NCBI GenBank assembly: GCA_947478395.1
Contig: CANJVR010000002.1
Location: 96,001 to 160,000, forward strand
From: Opitutia bacterium
GTDB lineage: Bacteria; Verrucomicrobiota; Verrucomicrobiia; Opitutales; Opitutaceae
Length of the DNA stretch: 64,000 bases
Direction of reading: 5' to 3'
The notes below the pieces were generated by a model. The model worked only from the letters and a program-made list of their open reading frames with translations, was not told where the DNA came from and ran no database searches. Position numbers and translations under genes: made by a program. Shown in pieces: positions 40,088-51,800 of the stretch. Numbering within the stretch: the first letter of the stretch is position 1; every line of letters starts with the position of its first letter.

Positions 40088-42079
40088 ATGACTCTGCAAA
40101 CTCTCCTTCTCGCCAAAGCGGCCAACCAAGCTCGTGGTCTCGCGATCGACGCGGTGCACGCTTCGTCCTCCGGCCATCTCGGTCTCCCGCTCGGCTGCGC
40201 CGAGATCGGCGCCGTCCTCTACGGCCACGCGCTCGCGCACAATCCCGAGCGCCCCCGTTGGCTCAACCGCGACCGTTTCGTACTTTCCGCCGGCCACGGC
40301 TCGATGTTTCTCTACAGCTGGCTTCACCTCAGCGGCTACGATCTGCCAATCGAGGAGGTGAAACGTTTCCGTCAGCTGCACAGCAAGACTCCCGGCCACC
40401 CGGAATTTCACGACACACCCGGGGTCGAATGCACCACCGGTCCGCTCGGCCAAGGGATCGGCAACGCCGTCGGTATGGCCATGGCCGGCAAGATGGCCGC
40501 CGCCCGCTTCAACACCGCCGAGCACGAGTTGTTCGACTATCATGTCGTTTGTCTCGCTGGCGACGGCTGCATGCAGGAAGGCGTGGCGATGGAGGCGGTC
40601 GCGTTCGCCGGTCACCAGAAACTCGACAACCTGATTCTCATCTACGATTCGAACGACGTCACACTCGACGCGATGGCGAGCAAGACGCAGAGCGAAAGCG
40701 CCGCCCAGCGTTTTAAGGCCATCGAGTGGGACGTGCAGACGATCGACGGTCACGACCTCGCCGCGATCCTCAAGGCTTTCAACCGCGCCAAGCGCTCGAA
40801 GTCCGGCAAACCCCAGCTCATCATCGCCAAGACGATCATCGGCAAGGGCATTGCTGAGGTGCAGGGCACCGCGAAGGGCCACGGCGAGGGTGGGGCGAAA
40901 TTCTCCGACAGCGCCCGCGCGTCGCTTGGCCTGCCGGCGGATCAGCACTTCTTCGTCAGCGACGACGTTCGCGCCTATTTCGCCGGCCACAAAGCCCGGC
41001 TCATGCGCGTCTGTAATCGTTGGCACAAAATGCTCAAAGCCTGGCGCGCCGCGAATCCGGACAAGTCCGTGCTGCTCGATTCTGCCAGCGCGCACCCGAG
41101 CGCCGCGCATCTGCTGGAGAAAATTCCGCTCTTCGCGCCCGACGTGAAATTGGGTGGTACCCGCGCGGCTGGTCGCGACGTGCTTCAGCCGCTCGCGGCC
41201 GAACTTCCGTTGCTCATCGGCGGCAGTGCCGATCTTTATGGCTCGACGCTCAACCTGATCGCGAATGCGGCCGACTTCGATCCGGCCAACCGCAGTGGTC
41301 GCAACATTCGCTTCGGCATTCGCGAACACGGTATGGCGGCCATCGCCAACGGCGTGGCGTACGACGGACTTTTCCGTCCGAGCATCGCGACGTTCCTTGT
41401 ATTCGCCGACTACTCGAGACCCGCGATGCGGCTGGCCGCGCTGTCGAAGCTGCCGGTGATTTATATCTACACGCACGATTCGATCGGAGTTGGGGAGGAC
41501 GGACCGACGCACCAGCCGGTGGAAACTATTTCCGCGCTGCGGCTCATTCCGAATCTCGATGTGATCCGTCCGGGCGATCCCGAGGAAACCGCCGGCGCCT
41601 ACGCGGCGGCCCTCGAGCGCTCCGATGGCCCGACGTTGATCGCGCTTTCGCGCCAGGCGGTGCCGGTCCTCAACGAAATTCCACCGCACATTCGTCGGGC
41701 TGGAGTTTTGAAGGGCGGATATGTCGCGTTGCAGGAAACGGCTCCACTCACGCATCTTCTCATTGCGACCGGCAGCGAACTGCATCTCGCGCTCGCCGCG
41801 GCCAAGGAACTCGGCGTCGGCACGCGCGTCGTTTCAATGCCGTCGTTCGAGCGTTTCGATCGGCAAACCGCGGAGTATCGCGAAAGCATCCTTCCGCCGT
41901 CCTGCCGCGCCCGTGTCGCGGTCGAGGCGGGCGTGTCGGATCTCTGGCGAAAATACGTCGGACTCGAGGGCAAAGTTGTCGGCATTGATCGCTTCGGCAT
42001 CAGCGCGCCGGCGCCGCTCGTGTATAAGGAACTCGGCATCACCACCGAGGCTATCATCGCTGCCGCGCGTTCGTTGTAA
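40088..42079 (+). CDS. tkt: Transketolase
   Basis: [55 protein letters not shown]. Confidence 0.97.
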   Translation: MTLQTLLLAKAANQARGLAIDAVHASSSGHLGLPLGCAEIGAVLYGHALAHNPERPRWLNRDRFVLSAGHGSMFLYSWLHLSGYDLPIEEVKRFRQLHSKTPGHPEFHDTPGVECTTGPLGQGIGNAVGMAMAGKMAAARFNTAEHELFDYHVVCLAGDGCMQEGVAMEAVAFAGHQKLDNLILIYDSNDVTLDAMASKTQSESAAQRFKAIEWDVQTIDGHDLAAILKAFNRAKRSKSGKPQLIIAKTIIGKGIAEVQGTAKGHGEGGAKFSDSARASLGLPADQHFFVSDDVRAYFAGHKARLMRVCNRWHKMLKAWRAANPDKSVLLDSASAHPSAAHLLEKIPLFAPDVKLGGTRAAGRDVLQPLAAELPLLIGGSADLYGSTLNLIANAADFDPANRSGRNIRFGIREHGMAAIANGVAYDGLFRPSIATFLVFADYSRPAMRLAALSKLPVIYIYTHDSIGVGEDGPTHQPVETISALRLIPNLDVIRPGDPEETAGAYAAALERSDGPTLIALSRQAVPVLNEIPPHIRRAGVLKGGYVALQETAPLTHLLIATGSELHLALAAAKELGVGTRVVSMPSFERFDRQTAEYRESILPPSCRARVAVEAGVSDLWRKYVGLEGKVVGIDRFGISAPAPLVYKELGITTEAIIAAARSL

Positions 42080-42103
42080 CCAGGCAACGGCGTCATCGTT
42101 TTC

Positions 42104-42132
42104 AGCCCGCTCCGTCGCGAGCGGGCTTTTTT
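42104..42132 (+). terminator. Intrinsic terminator after tkt
   Basis: agcccgctc..gagcgggct followed by T-run. Confidence 0.85.
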
Positions 42133-42465
42133 GTGGGCTGCAATGATTCGATCGACCGGGGTGGCCGTAGGATGCGACGTCGGTTCTCTCTTTCAATGCG
42201 GGCAACTCTACTCGGAAGAGATTTTGTAAAAACCCGTTTGGGTGATCTACGAAGCGGGTAAGCCTCGGATTGAGCCCTCTTTCGAAGCGGGCTTTGGCCC
42301 TGAGTTCTTTCGTACGGGGGCCAAACGGGCAGAGAGTGCGGCGTTTTTTTCGTGGCTCCATGCTCGATTCTTACCCGGCGATATTGACGGCCGCTTGGGG
42401 TTTTTGCCGCGGGCACGGAAAGCTCGCAGATATTTTAGGAATTACTGCAGGCCTCACTTGCTTTT

Positions 42466-42485
42466 ATGGTTAGCTGCCTAACTAT
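42466..42485. promoter_or_regulatory. Putative MarR operator
   Basis: atggttag-ctgc-ctaactat inverted repeat (7/8) downstream of a TTGCTT -35-like hexamer and 33 bp before marR. Confidence 0.6.
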
Positions 42486-42518
42486 CAGCTTCCTCACTGT
42501 TACCTCGCCGCTCGCAAG

Positions 42519-43109
42519 ATGCCCCTCCTTCTCCTCAAAGATCTACCCCGCTACGAGTGCCTTTTGGAGGGCGCCAAGGAATTTCCGCAATTGGATCCCT
42601 CTGCCTGTGAAGCTTTCCTGCATCTTCTGCGCACCGGCGACGAGGTGTTCAGCGTTTCGGAGCGCCACCTCGCGAGTCATAACATTTCTCAGGGTCGGTT
42701 CGGGGTGCTGATGCTGCTGTGGGGTTCGACTCACCGTCGAGGCGACCCGCAAATTTCCGGATCCTGCCCGGCTAGTCCCCGCACCCCGGCCGAGCTTGCG
42801 GATGCGGCGGGCGTCACGCGAGCGACCATGACCGGTCTCGTCGACACCTTGGAGCGTGATGGTTTTGTGCGGCGCGAGCCTGATCCCAACGATCGTCGGA
42901 TGATGTCGGTGCGGTTGACCGCCCGGGCGGAGGAGTTTTTGCATAGCATGCTCCCGGCGCACTTCGAATTGATGGCCCGATTGATGGCGCCACTTTCTGA
43001 ACCGGAGCGGAAAACACTGGTCGGCCTCCTGAACAAGATTCTGGTGTGTGCGAGCGAGTTTTCGCCCAACGCGCCTGTTCCGGCCGTGACCGGCGCACCG
43101 GTTCACTGA
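42519..43109 (+). CDS. MarR-family transcriptional regulator
   Basis: wHTH PAELADAAGVTRATMTGLVDTLERDGFVRR..DRR. Confidence 0.92.
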   Translation: MPLLLLKDLPRYECLLEGAKEFPQLDPSACEAFLHLLRTGDEVFSVSERHLASHNISQGRFGVLMLLWGSTHRRGDPQISGSCPASPRTPAELADAAGVTRATMTGLVDTLERDGFVRREPDPNDRRMMSVRLTARAEEFLHSMLPAHFELMARLMAPLSEPERKTLVGLLNKILVCASEFSPNAPVPAVTGAPVH

Positions 43110-43157
43110 ACCGCCCCGATATTTTCCCTCATATTTAGCACTCATCCTCTCCTTCAC

Positions 43158-44276
43158 ATGTTTAAGAAATTCCTCATCGCGTTCGCCGGTTTTGCCGTCG
43201 TCGTCGCCGCCCTCGGCGCCGTCAAGGCTTCCCAAATCAAGCAGATGTCGTCGGTCTCGCACGCCGTGCCGCCGACGGCCGTCACTTCAATCGAAGCCAA
43301 GTCCATGGCCTGGCAGTCCGTGATCAGCGCGATCGGGACGCTTGCGCCGGTCCAAGGGGTGATGGTCGCCGCCGATGCAGACGGCGTGGTCTCAAAAATT
43401 TTCGTCGAAAACGGGGCCGCCCTTAAAGCGGGCGACCCCATGATCGAACTCGACACGAGTGTGGAGACCGCGCAACTCGCCTCGGCGGAGTCGCGGGCCG
43501 CGTTGGCTAGGTTGCAGAGCGACCGGGCCAAGGATTTGGTTTCCAAAAACACCATCAGCCAGGCCGAGCTCGACGTCGCCAACGCCCAGCTGATTCAAGC
43601 CGGAGCCGATGTCGCCGGGCTGAAGGCCACCATCGAAAGAAAGCGCGTACGCGCGCCCTTCGACGGCCGCGTCGGAATCCGGTTGGTCAACATCGGCCAG
43701 TTTGTCTCGCGCGGCAAAGCCCTCGTACCGCTGCAGAAGCTCGACCCGATCTACGTCAACTTCAGTATCCCGCAGCGCCAGCTCGGATCGCTCACGGTGG
43801 GACAGAAAATCAGCGTGACCGTGGACACGTTTAGCACTCCGTTTGCCGGCAAGATCGCCGCCATCAACTCTGAAGTGGACTCGGTGACCCGCAATATTTG
43901 GGTGCAAGCTTTGCTCCCGAACGCGCAGGAGCAGCTGCGATCCGGCATGTTTGTCCAAGTCGAAGTCGAGCTGCCGGCGGCGGAGCCGCAAGTCGTTCTG
44001 CCGGCCACGGCGATTGCCTACGCGCCGTACGGGAATTCGGTCTTCATCATCGAAAAAATGAAGGACAAGGATGGTGCTGAATATTTGGGCGTGCGGCAGC
44101 AACCGGTGAAAATCGGGGCTACTCGCGGCGACCTCGTGGCCATCGAAGGCGGTGTTAAACCCGGCGAACAGGTCGTCACATCAGGCGTCTTCAAGCTGCG
44201 CAACGGCGCGCCGGTCGCGGTCAACAACACGGCACAGCCCACCGCCAATCCCGCGCCCAAGCCGGCTAATACTTGA
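43158..44276 (+). CDS. RND efflux periplasmic adaptor (MFP)
   Basis: N-terminal anchor, lipoyl/hairpin RAPFDGRVG, LRSGMF. Confidence 0.92.
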   Translation: MFKKFLIAFAGFAVVVAALGAVKASQIKQMSSVSHAVPPTAVTSIEAKSMAWQSVISAIGTLAPVQGVMVAADADGVVSKIFVENGAALKAGDPMIELDTSVETAQLASAESRAALARLQSDRAKDLVSKNTISQAELDVANAQLIQAGADVAGLKATIERKRVRAPFDGRVGIRLVNIGQFVSRGKALVPLQKLDPIYVNFSIPQRQLGSLTVGQKISVTVDTFSTPFAGKIAAINSEVDSVTRNIWVQALLPNAQEQLRSGMFVQVEVELPAAEPQVVLPATAIAYAPYGNSVFIIEKMKDKDGAEYLGVRQQPVKIGATRGDLVAIEGGVKPGEQVVTSGVFKLRNGAPVAVNNTAQPTANPAPKPANT

Positions 44277-44308
44277 TTCGCATCCGCTCGAAACCGGAAA
44301 GAACCGTC

Positions 44309-47300
44309 ATGCTATCCAAAAGCTTCACCGATTTGTTCATTCGCAAGCCCGTCATCGCGCTGGTGGTGAACATCGTCATCCTGATTGTTGGCTTGGTCTC
44401 CTACACCAAGTTGAACACGCGCCAATATCCGCGCAGCGACAGCGCCGTGGTGAACGTTACCACCATTTATTTCGGGGCGAGCGCCGACACCGTACGCGGC
44501 TACATCACCACTCAACTCGAACAGGTCATCTCGAGTGCCGACGGCATCGATTACATCGAATCCGCCAGCAGTTCGGGCATTAGCACGATCAAGGTCTACC
44601 TGCGGTTGAACTACGACACGAATGCCGCGCTCGCGCAGATCTCGGCGAAGATCAACCAAGTGCGCAGTCAGCTGCCGCCAGAAGCCGAGACCCCCAGCAT
44701 CACCGTGGAAACAGCGGACAGCCAGTTCGCGTCGATTTACCTGAGTTTCTATTCCGATACCCTCGATCAAAATCAGATCACCGACTATCTGTCCCGCATG
44801 GTGCAGCCGCGGTTGTCCTCGGTGAAGGGTGTGCAGCGGGCCGACGTGCTCGGCGGTCGCGTCTTCGCGATGCGCGTGTGGCTCAAGCCCGAGCAGCTTG
44901 CCGCACGCGGACTCAGTCCTTCCGAGGTGCGCCAGGCGCTGCAGGCCAATAATGCGCTGGCCGCGATCGGTTCGACCAAGGGCTCGATGCTGAGTGTCAG
45001 CTTGGTCGCCAACACCGATCTCAAGAACGTGGATGAGTTCAAGAAACTCGTTGTCGCGCAGCGCGGCGGAACGATTATCCGACTTTCTGATGTGGCCGAG
45101 GTCGTGCTCGGCGCAGAGGACTACAACACCGAGGTGCGCTTCGGTGGCCAGACCGCCACCTTCATGGGCATCTGGGTGCTGCCGACCGAAAGCACCGTGG
45201 AGGTCATCAAACGCGTCCGCGACGTGATGCCTGAAATCGAGCGCGCGCTACCCGCGGGTTTGAATGTCAAAATTGCCTACGATGGCACGCGCTACATCGA
45301 CGACGCGCTGAAGGAAATTCTCAGCACACTGATCGAGACCCTGATCATCGTGATGTGCGTGATCTTTCTTTTCATGGGTTCGTTCCGTTCGGTGCTCATC
45401 CCGATCATCGCGATGCCGCTATCCCTCATTGGCGCGCTCTTCTTGATGTACGCTTTCGGCTTCACGATCAATTTGCTGACCCTGCTGGCCGTCGTGCTCG
45501 CGGTCGGCATCGTGGTCGACGACGCCATCGTCGTCGTCGAAAATATCGAACGTCACATCCGCGACGGAAAAACTCCGATCGACGCTGCGATCCTCGGTGC
45601 GCGCGAACTGGTGGGTCCGGTTATCTCGATGACGATCACGCTGGCCGCGGTGTACGCGCCGATTGCCTTTCAAGGCGGACTCACTGGGGCGCTTTTCCGC
45701 GAGTTTGCGGTGACACTTGCCGGCGCGGTGACGGTATCGGGTTTTGTTGCGCTGACGCTCTCCCCGATGATGAGCGCCTACCTGCTCAAGGATCACGATC
45801 ACGAGGAAGCCGGGCTGAGTGGACGCATCAACCGGCTCTTCGATCGTATCCGCAATCGCTACGAGCGGATGATCGGGGCCAGCCTTGGCTGGGTGCCGGT
45901 TACGATCACTACGGCGGTTTTGCTGATGCTTCTCATTGTGCCCTTCGTGATGTTTGCGCAGCACGAACTCGCCCCGAAGGAAGACCAGGGTGTGGTCTTC
46001 AGTATTCTGCAACCGTCGCCCACCTCCACGATCGACCAGAACGTGATTTTTGCGGCCGAGGTGCAGAAAATGTTCACGAGTGTGCCTGAGTACGAAAATT
46101 CGTTTCAACTTACTGGCTCCACGTTCGGTTTTGCCGGGATCATTCTCAAGCCGTGGTCGGAGCGGAAGCGCTCCTCCATTCAGATTCAGGAAGCGCTGCA
46201 GGCTCCCGCCGCCGGGATCCCCGGTATCAACGTGATCGTCACCACGCCCGAGCCGTTGCCCTCCGGCGGCCAGTTCCCGATCGAAATCGTGATCCGCTCG
46301 ACCGCCGCTCACCGTGAGATGTTGGAATACGCGGAGCAACTCGTGCTCTACGCCAATACCGACGCGAATGCGCCGAATGCCGCGCCCACGTTTTACTTCG
46401 CCGACTCCGATCTGAAGTTCGATCTCCCGCAGGTGGAAATTGAAATCGACAAGGACAAGGTCGCGTCGATGGGGCTCAATTTGAGCGATGTTGCCCGCGA
46501 CTTGGGATCCATGTTGGGCGGCGGTTACGTGAATCGCTTCGTGAACGATGGCCGCAGTTATCGCGTGATTCCCCAAGTCGAACGCGGACAGCGCCTGAAT
46601 GCTGACCAGCTGCTGGATTATCACGTGCGAGGTCCGGCCGGGCAGTTGATTCCCCTGAGCACAATCGCGACGCTCAGAAATACGGTGCAGCCCCGGACGC
46701 TTAACCGCTTCCAGCAACTCAACTCCGTCAAGATCACCGGCGTCGGTCCGAGCATCGATCTCGCGCTCAAAAAGCTTGAAGCGAAAGCGGCCGAGATTCT
46801 GCCGCCCGGCTACTCGATCGATTACGGTGGCCAGTCCCGCCAGCTCCGCACTGAAGGCGGAGCGCTATGGAAGGCATTCGTCATGGCCGGGCTTCTGATC
46901 TTTTTGGTGCTCGCGGCCCAGTTCAACAGCTTCCGCGATCCGTTCATCATCCTGTTCGGCTCGGTGCCGCTGGCCATCGCCGGCGCGTTGCTGCCGATCT
47001 TCCTTTGGAAAACCTCGCTGAATATTTATTCGCAGATCGGCCTCATCACGCTGGTCGGCCTGATCGCGAAAAACGGCATTCTGATCGTGGAATTTGCCAA
47101 CACGCTGCAAGAGCAGGGCATCGCCAAGCGCGACGCCATCCGCCGCGCGGCGGCCACGCGCCTGCGTCCCGTGCTGATGACTTCCGCTGCGACGGTCTTC
47201 GGTCACTTGATGTTGATCTTCGTGACCGGCCCCGGCGCCGCCGCGCGCAACAGTATCGGCTGGGTTCTGGTCGTCGGCATGGCCGTCGGCACGTTCTTCA

Positions 47301-47410
47301 CCCTCTATGTCGTACCGGCGTTCTACATGTTGATCGCCCGCGACCAAAATAAAATCCATGTGGCTCCGGCCGCGCCGGCTCCTCTCGCCGCTGTTTCCCT
47401 CGCCAAATAA
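44309..47410 (+). CDS. RND efflux permease (AcrB family)
   Basis: FIRKPV, GIVVDDAIVVVENI, GLIAKNGILIVE, RLRPVLMT; start at ATG 44309. Confidence 0.95.
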   Translation: MLSKSFTDLFIRKPVIALVVNIVILIVGLVSYTKLNTRQYPRSDSAVVNVTTIYFGASADTVRGYITTQLEQVISSADGIDYIESASSSGISTIKVYLRLNYDTNAALAQISAKINQVRSQLPPEAETPSITVETADSQFASIYLSFYSDTLDQNQITDYLSRMVQPRLSSVKGVQRADVLGGRVFAMRVWLKPEQLAARGLSPSEVRQALQANNALAAIGSTKGSMLSVSLVANTDLKNVDEFKKLVVAQRGGTIIRLSDVAEVVLGAEDYNTEVRFGGQTATFMGIWVLPTESTVEVIKRVRDVMPEIERALPAGLNVKIAYDGTRYIDDALKEILSTLIETLIIVMCVIFLFMGSFRSVLIPIIAMPLSLIGALFLMYAFGFTINLLTLLAVVLAVGIVVDDAIVVVENIERHIRDGKTPIDAAILGARELVGPVISMTITLAAVYAPIAFQGGLTGALFREFAVTLAGAVTVSGFVALTLSPMMSAYLLKDHDHEEAGLSGRINRLFDRIRNRYERMIGASLGWVPVTITTAVLLMLLIVPFVMFAQHELAPKEDQGVVFSILQPSPTSTIDQNVIFAAEVQKMFTSVPEYENSFQLTGSTFGFAGIILKPWSERKRSSIQIQEALQAPAAGIPGINVIVTTPEPLPSGGQFPIEIVIRSTAAHREMLEYAEQLVLYANTDANAPNAAPTFYFADSDLKFDLPQVEIEIDKDKVASMGLNLSDVARDLGSMLGGGYVNRFVNDGRSYRVIPQVERGQRLNADQLLDYHVRGPAGQLIPLSTIATLRNTVQPRTLNRFQQLNSVKITGVGPSIDLALKKLEAKAAEILPPGYSIDYGGQSRQLRTEGGALWKAFVMAGLLIFLVLAAQFNSFRDPFIILFGSVPLAIAGALLPIFLWKTSLNIYSQIGLITLVGLIAKNGILIVEFANTLQEQGIAKRDAIRRAAATRLRPVLMTSAATVFGHLMLIFVTGPGAAARNSIGWVLVVGMAVGTFFTLYVVPAFYMLIARDQNKIHVAPAAPAPLAAVSLAK

Positions 47411-47421
47411 AAGCTCCTCCC

Positions 47422-48765
47422 ATGAAGTTCGTTCGTTCGACTTTTTCTCCCATCACATCGTTGGCGGTATTCGCTTTCATGTGCGGCTCGACCCGCGGTG
47501 CTCCCGCTCCGGCGCAGGATGTGCCCGACAAACTAGACATGCCCACGGCGCTGCGCTTCGCCTTGGATAATAATTTTGCCATCCGGCAGGCGCGTGAGCG
47601 CATCCGTCAGCAAGACGGCGTGGTCGTCGAGGTGAAGGCTCGCTCGATTCCTAACGTCTCCGCCAATGGTGCCTTCCAGCTCAACGAAAAGGACATTTCC
47701 CAAAGCGTCCCTGCCTCTAATCGCGGCTGGAGCCTGAGCGTCACCGCCTCGCAGACTCTCTATGCCGGCGGCGGCGTGCGTTCGGCGATCAAGAGTGCGA
47801 ACCTCGCCCGCGAGGCCGCCGTGCTCGAGCTGACCGGAGTCGTCAACGACGCGTTGCTCGACGTGCGTACTCGGTTCTACGACATCCTGCTCGCCCGCGA
47901 AAAAATCAAGGTGCAGGAATCCAACGTCGAGCTGCTCCAATCCCAGCTCAAAAACGTGACCGACCGTTTCAACGCCGGCACGATCTCGAGCTTCGAGCGT
48001 CTCCGGGCCGAGGTTGCCCTGGCCAACGCTCAGGTGCCGCTCATCAGCGCGCGCAACGCCTACCGTCTGGCCATCGAGGCCATGCGCCAGTCGCTCGGAT
48101 TCGTCACGACCACCCAGGAGAATCTCCGTAAGGTGCCGGATTTCGTCGGCACCTTGGATTATTCGCCCGTCAATTTTGACCTTCAGTCTGCGCTTGATGC
48201 CGCCCGCGCCAACCGGCCCGAGCTCACTCGCCTGAACAAGCTCATCGACGCCCGCGAGGAGTTGGTTGTCACCTCGCGCGCGAGCCGATACCCGAATCTT
48301 GCCGCCTTTGCCGGCTGGCAATTGCGCAAGGGACCAACCGACACGTTCGGCGATTCCAAGGACGGCTTTCTCGTCGGAATCCAATCGCAGTGGAACGTAT
48401 TTGATGGCAACGCGACGTCGGGTCGGGTCAGCCAAGCCCGTTCCCTCCTCGATCAGGCGCGCCTGATCCTCGACGAGCAAACCCTTGCGATCAACGTCGA
48501 GGTGCGCCGGGCGCTGTCCTCGCTGCAGGAAGCTAGCGAGCTGGCCGATGCCTCGCAGAAAGTCGTGGCGCAAGCCGAGGAGAGCCTGCGTCTCGCCAAT
48601 GCCCGCTATGGTGCCGGCACCGCGACGCAACTCGACGTGCTGCAAAGCCAGGTTGATCTCACGACCGCCCGGACCAATCAGATCCAGGCCTACTACAACT
48701 ACAGCGTGGCACTCGCGCGCGTGCGCAAAGCCATCGGTCTGCTGGACGCCGCCGTTGCGAACTGA
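47422..48765 (+). CDS. TolC-family outer membrane efflux protein
   Basis: Signal peptide, two OEP repeats (RFNAGTIS; RYGAGTATQLDVL). Confidence 0.92.
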   Translation: MKFVRSTFSPITSLAVFAFMCGSTRGAPAPAQDVPDKLDMPTALRFALDNNFAIRQARERIRQQDGVVVEVKARSIPNVSANGAFQLNEKDISQSVPASNRGWSLSVTASQTLYAGGGVRSAIKSANLAREAAVLELTGVVNDALLDVRTRFYDILLAREKIKVQESNVELLQSQLKNVTDRFNAGTISSFERLRAEVALANAQVPLISARNAYRLAIEAMRQSLGFVTTTQENLRKVPDFVGTLDYSPVNFDLQSALDAARANRPELTRLNKLIDAREELVVTSRASRYPNLAAFAGWQLRKGPTDTFGDSKDGFLVGIQSQWNVFDGNATSGRVSQARSLLDQARLILDEQTLAINVEVRRALSSLQEASELADASQKVVAQAEESLRLANARYGAGTATQLDVLQSQVDLTTARTNQIQAYYNYSVALARVRKAIGLLDAAVAN

Positions 48766-48840
48766 ACGTCGCAACCTTAGCGGCGGATTTTTACCGGCGG
48801 GCTGTAACTCCCTTACTTCACTGGTGTCCGCTTCCTGAGC

Positions 48841-51800
48841 ATGAAACCAGTTCGGCGGCTCTTATTTTTTCTGGCCGGTGGCGCGACGCTCGTGCTCGTG
48901 CTGGTGGCCTTGGGTTTCACGTCGGCTTTCCAGACGTGGGCCGCCCGCAAAGCGCTCTCGAGCCAGCCTGCGCTGCGCGCATCCGTCGGCCGCGTTTCGG
49001 CCGGTCTGGGCCGGATTGAGCTCGAGGCGGTGCACGCGGAGTCGGATGGCGCGGTCCTTACTTTGCCCGCGCTCACCGCGGAATTGCCGCTGTGGTCCGC
49101 CGCCGTTTCCCACGACGTTGCGGTCACCAAACTCATCGCGAAAGGCTGGATCCTCGATCTCTCTCAAGCCGTTCCGGCGAGTGTTTTGCCGTCCCCAGCC
49201 CCAGGCGCTGCGGTGCCTGCAACCGCTAAAACCGCTTTGGCTAAGCCGGCGATTTCAGGCCCGAATCCGGCGGAAGCAGTGGTTGGAGCCACGGCCGCCG
49301 CCTTCAAAGGCGTGTTCGCCCAGCTGCGGCTGCCGGTGGATTTATCCGTCGACGGTTTGGAACTGGAGGGCGACGTGCTGCTCCCGCCCGCGCCCGACGC
49401 ACCGTCGGCCAAGGCCCATATTCGCATCGTCGGTGGCGGACTGAGTGTCGGGCGCGAAGGGCGCTTCACCGTGGACCTATCGGTCGCACTCGTCGGCGCA
49501 AATATTCCCGTCGCGGCGCTCACCGCTCATGCGACGTTCATCGCGGCGATGGACACCCCGCGGACTTTCACGCGTTTTGAAGCCGAGACGTCAGCCACGG
49601 CCCGCGGCGAAAAATTTCCTCAGGGTCTCAAACTCACCGCCACCTTCGGCGCCACGCGCGCCCCGCTGGTCGAGAATTACGCGGCGGTCTTTGTGCTCGA
49701 AGGCAAGGAGCTGGTCGCCGTGCGCGCTGAGTTTCCCCGCGACGGTCATATCCTTTCCGGCACCTGGAAACTCAATGCCCGCACCACCGATCTGGCGCCA
49801 TTCTCCATCGGACGGGCGTTGCCGGAAATCGAGGCGGTGGGGCAGGGAAAGTTCACCACCGATGCCGCTTTCGCCGAGATCCAGGCGAGCGGTCAGCTCG
49901 ATGCCACGGCCGCCCAGCTCGCCGTGATCAAACCCGAACTCGCCGCGCTCGGCACCGTGAAAGTCACCGCGGAATTCGACCTCGCCCAGCAGGGTGGCGC
50001 GCTGCGCGTCGACCGTCTCACCGCTCAATTCTCCGCCGCTCGTCCGGTCGCTGCCATTAAGTCTCTCCAGCCTTTTGCCTTCAACGCCACGACCGGCGAA
50101 CTCAAGGTCGCCGATCCCTCGCGCGAACTGCTCGCCCTCGATCTCCAAGGTGTCCCTCTCGCCTGGGTGCAGCCGTTTTTAAAGAATTTTAAACTCAGCG
50201 GCGGCGACCTCCACGGCGAGTTGGTCGCGACGGCGAACAATGGCGGACTGGCTTTGCGTTCCAAAGGCCCGGTCACGCTCGCGGCCGTGGGTCTGGCTTC
50301 GAGCCAAGGGGCACTGCTCAAGGCGCTCGACGTCACTCTTGGTTTTTCGGCCGATTACACGCCGCAGGGCTGGCAGGCCGCGATCGCACCGCTTTCGATT
50401 TCCAGTGGCGGAGCGCAACTGCTGACGCTCAGCGCCAAAGCCGGCCAGCTCACCGGCAAGGATCAACCCATCAAAGCGACGGGGCTTTGGAGCGGAAATC
50501 TCCCTGCGCTCCTCGCGCAACCTGCCGCCGGTCAAGGCAAGTTGACGCAAGGTGAGGCGTCTGGCGAATTTGTGGCCACCCTCGCGGGAAAAAAGGAAAT
50601 CCAGGCTACGCTGCTCATCAAGAATCTGGTGGCGGATCCGAAGTTGACCAAGGCGGCACTGCCGTCGATCGCGGCTGATGTGCGCGTCGATGTGGACGCG
50701 GCGGGAAAAATTAATTTCAACGCACCATTCCTCTTTGAGCGCGGCGGCCGGAAATCCGATCTCGCGTTGATCGGTACCGCTCTACCGGGACCGACGATGA
50801 CAGTATTCGATGTTCGGGTCGTGAGTGCGGTCCTCGTGGTTGACGACCTTCAAGTTCTGGCGGCCCTCGCTCCGGGTGGACCGCCGGCCGAGGAAGCGGT
50901 GACCAAGCCTGTGGTGGCGACAAAAGATGAAAAACCATTCTGGGCCGGTCTCAGCGGGCAGTTCGTACTCGGCCTGAAAAAAGTCGTCTACTCGGAAAAA
51001 TTTGAAGTCAACGATGTCGGTGGCACGCTCCGCCTCGCAGATGGCGCTCTGAAACTCACCGGCGTACGCGCCGACTTCGGCGAGGAAGGGGCGTTCAAAC
51101 TCACCGGCGACGTGACCTTTTTACCGGACACGCGTGAACCGTATGCGCTGCAGGCGGACGTTGCCTTGAACAATTTCGATTCTGCCCCGCTTTTCCGCGC
51201 GCTCGACCCGGCGCGGCTGCCCGCCGTCGAGGGCCGGTTCAATATCGTCACGCATCTCGTCGGCAGCGGTGTTAATGTCGGCCAGCTCGCCGCGCGTACG
51301 CGCGGTGAAGTTCAACTCACGAGCAAGTCGGGTCTGTTTCGCGGCTTGTCCGCCGACATGGCAGATTCGCTGCGGCAGGCTCCCTCGATGCTGTCGGGCG
51401 CGGTCAGCAGTGTCGGCGCATTGCTCGGTCGGCGAAAGGACAAGCCCGACGATGTCACGGAGTTCCTCGATAAGCAGGGCAAGGTCGTGGTCGAGCTCGC
51501 GGACCGCTTGAAGGAAATTTCCTACGACCAGATCAACGTGGTCGCGAATCGGGACGAAAAGTTAAATATCAAGCTCAAGGAATTCTCCCTCATATCTCCC
51601 GAGGTGCGTCTGCGTGGCACCGGCCAGATTACGTACCGCGAGGGGGTTCCCACCCTCGGCCAGCCGCTCGATCTGAACCTCCAAATTGGGGCGCGTGGTC
51701 GACTGGAAAATTTGATGAACAGCGTGGCCTTGCTTGACGGTCGCCAGGACGAGCTCGGCTACAATAGCATGAGCGAACCGGTTTATTTGGGCGGCACGTT

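Noticed and set aside
39995..41785. 596-aa antisense ORF (likewise 17384-18730, 28319-29719, 37048-38256, 45419-46717, 47533-48774)
   Set aside because: Shadow frames opposite well-supported genes, expected from high-GC codon bias, with no recognisable motifs
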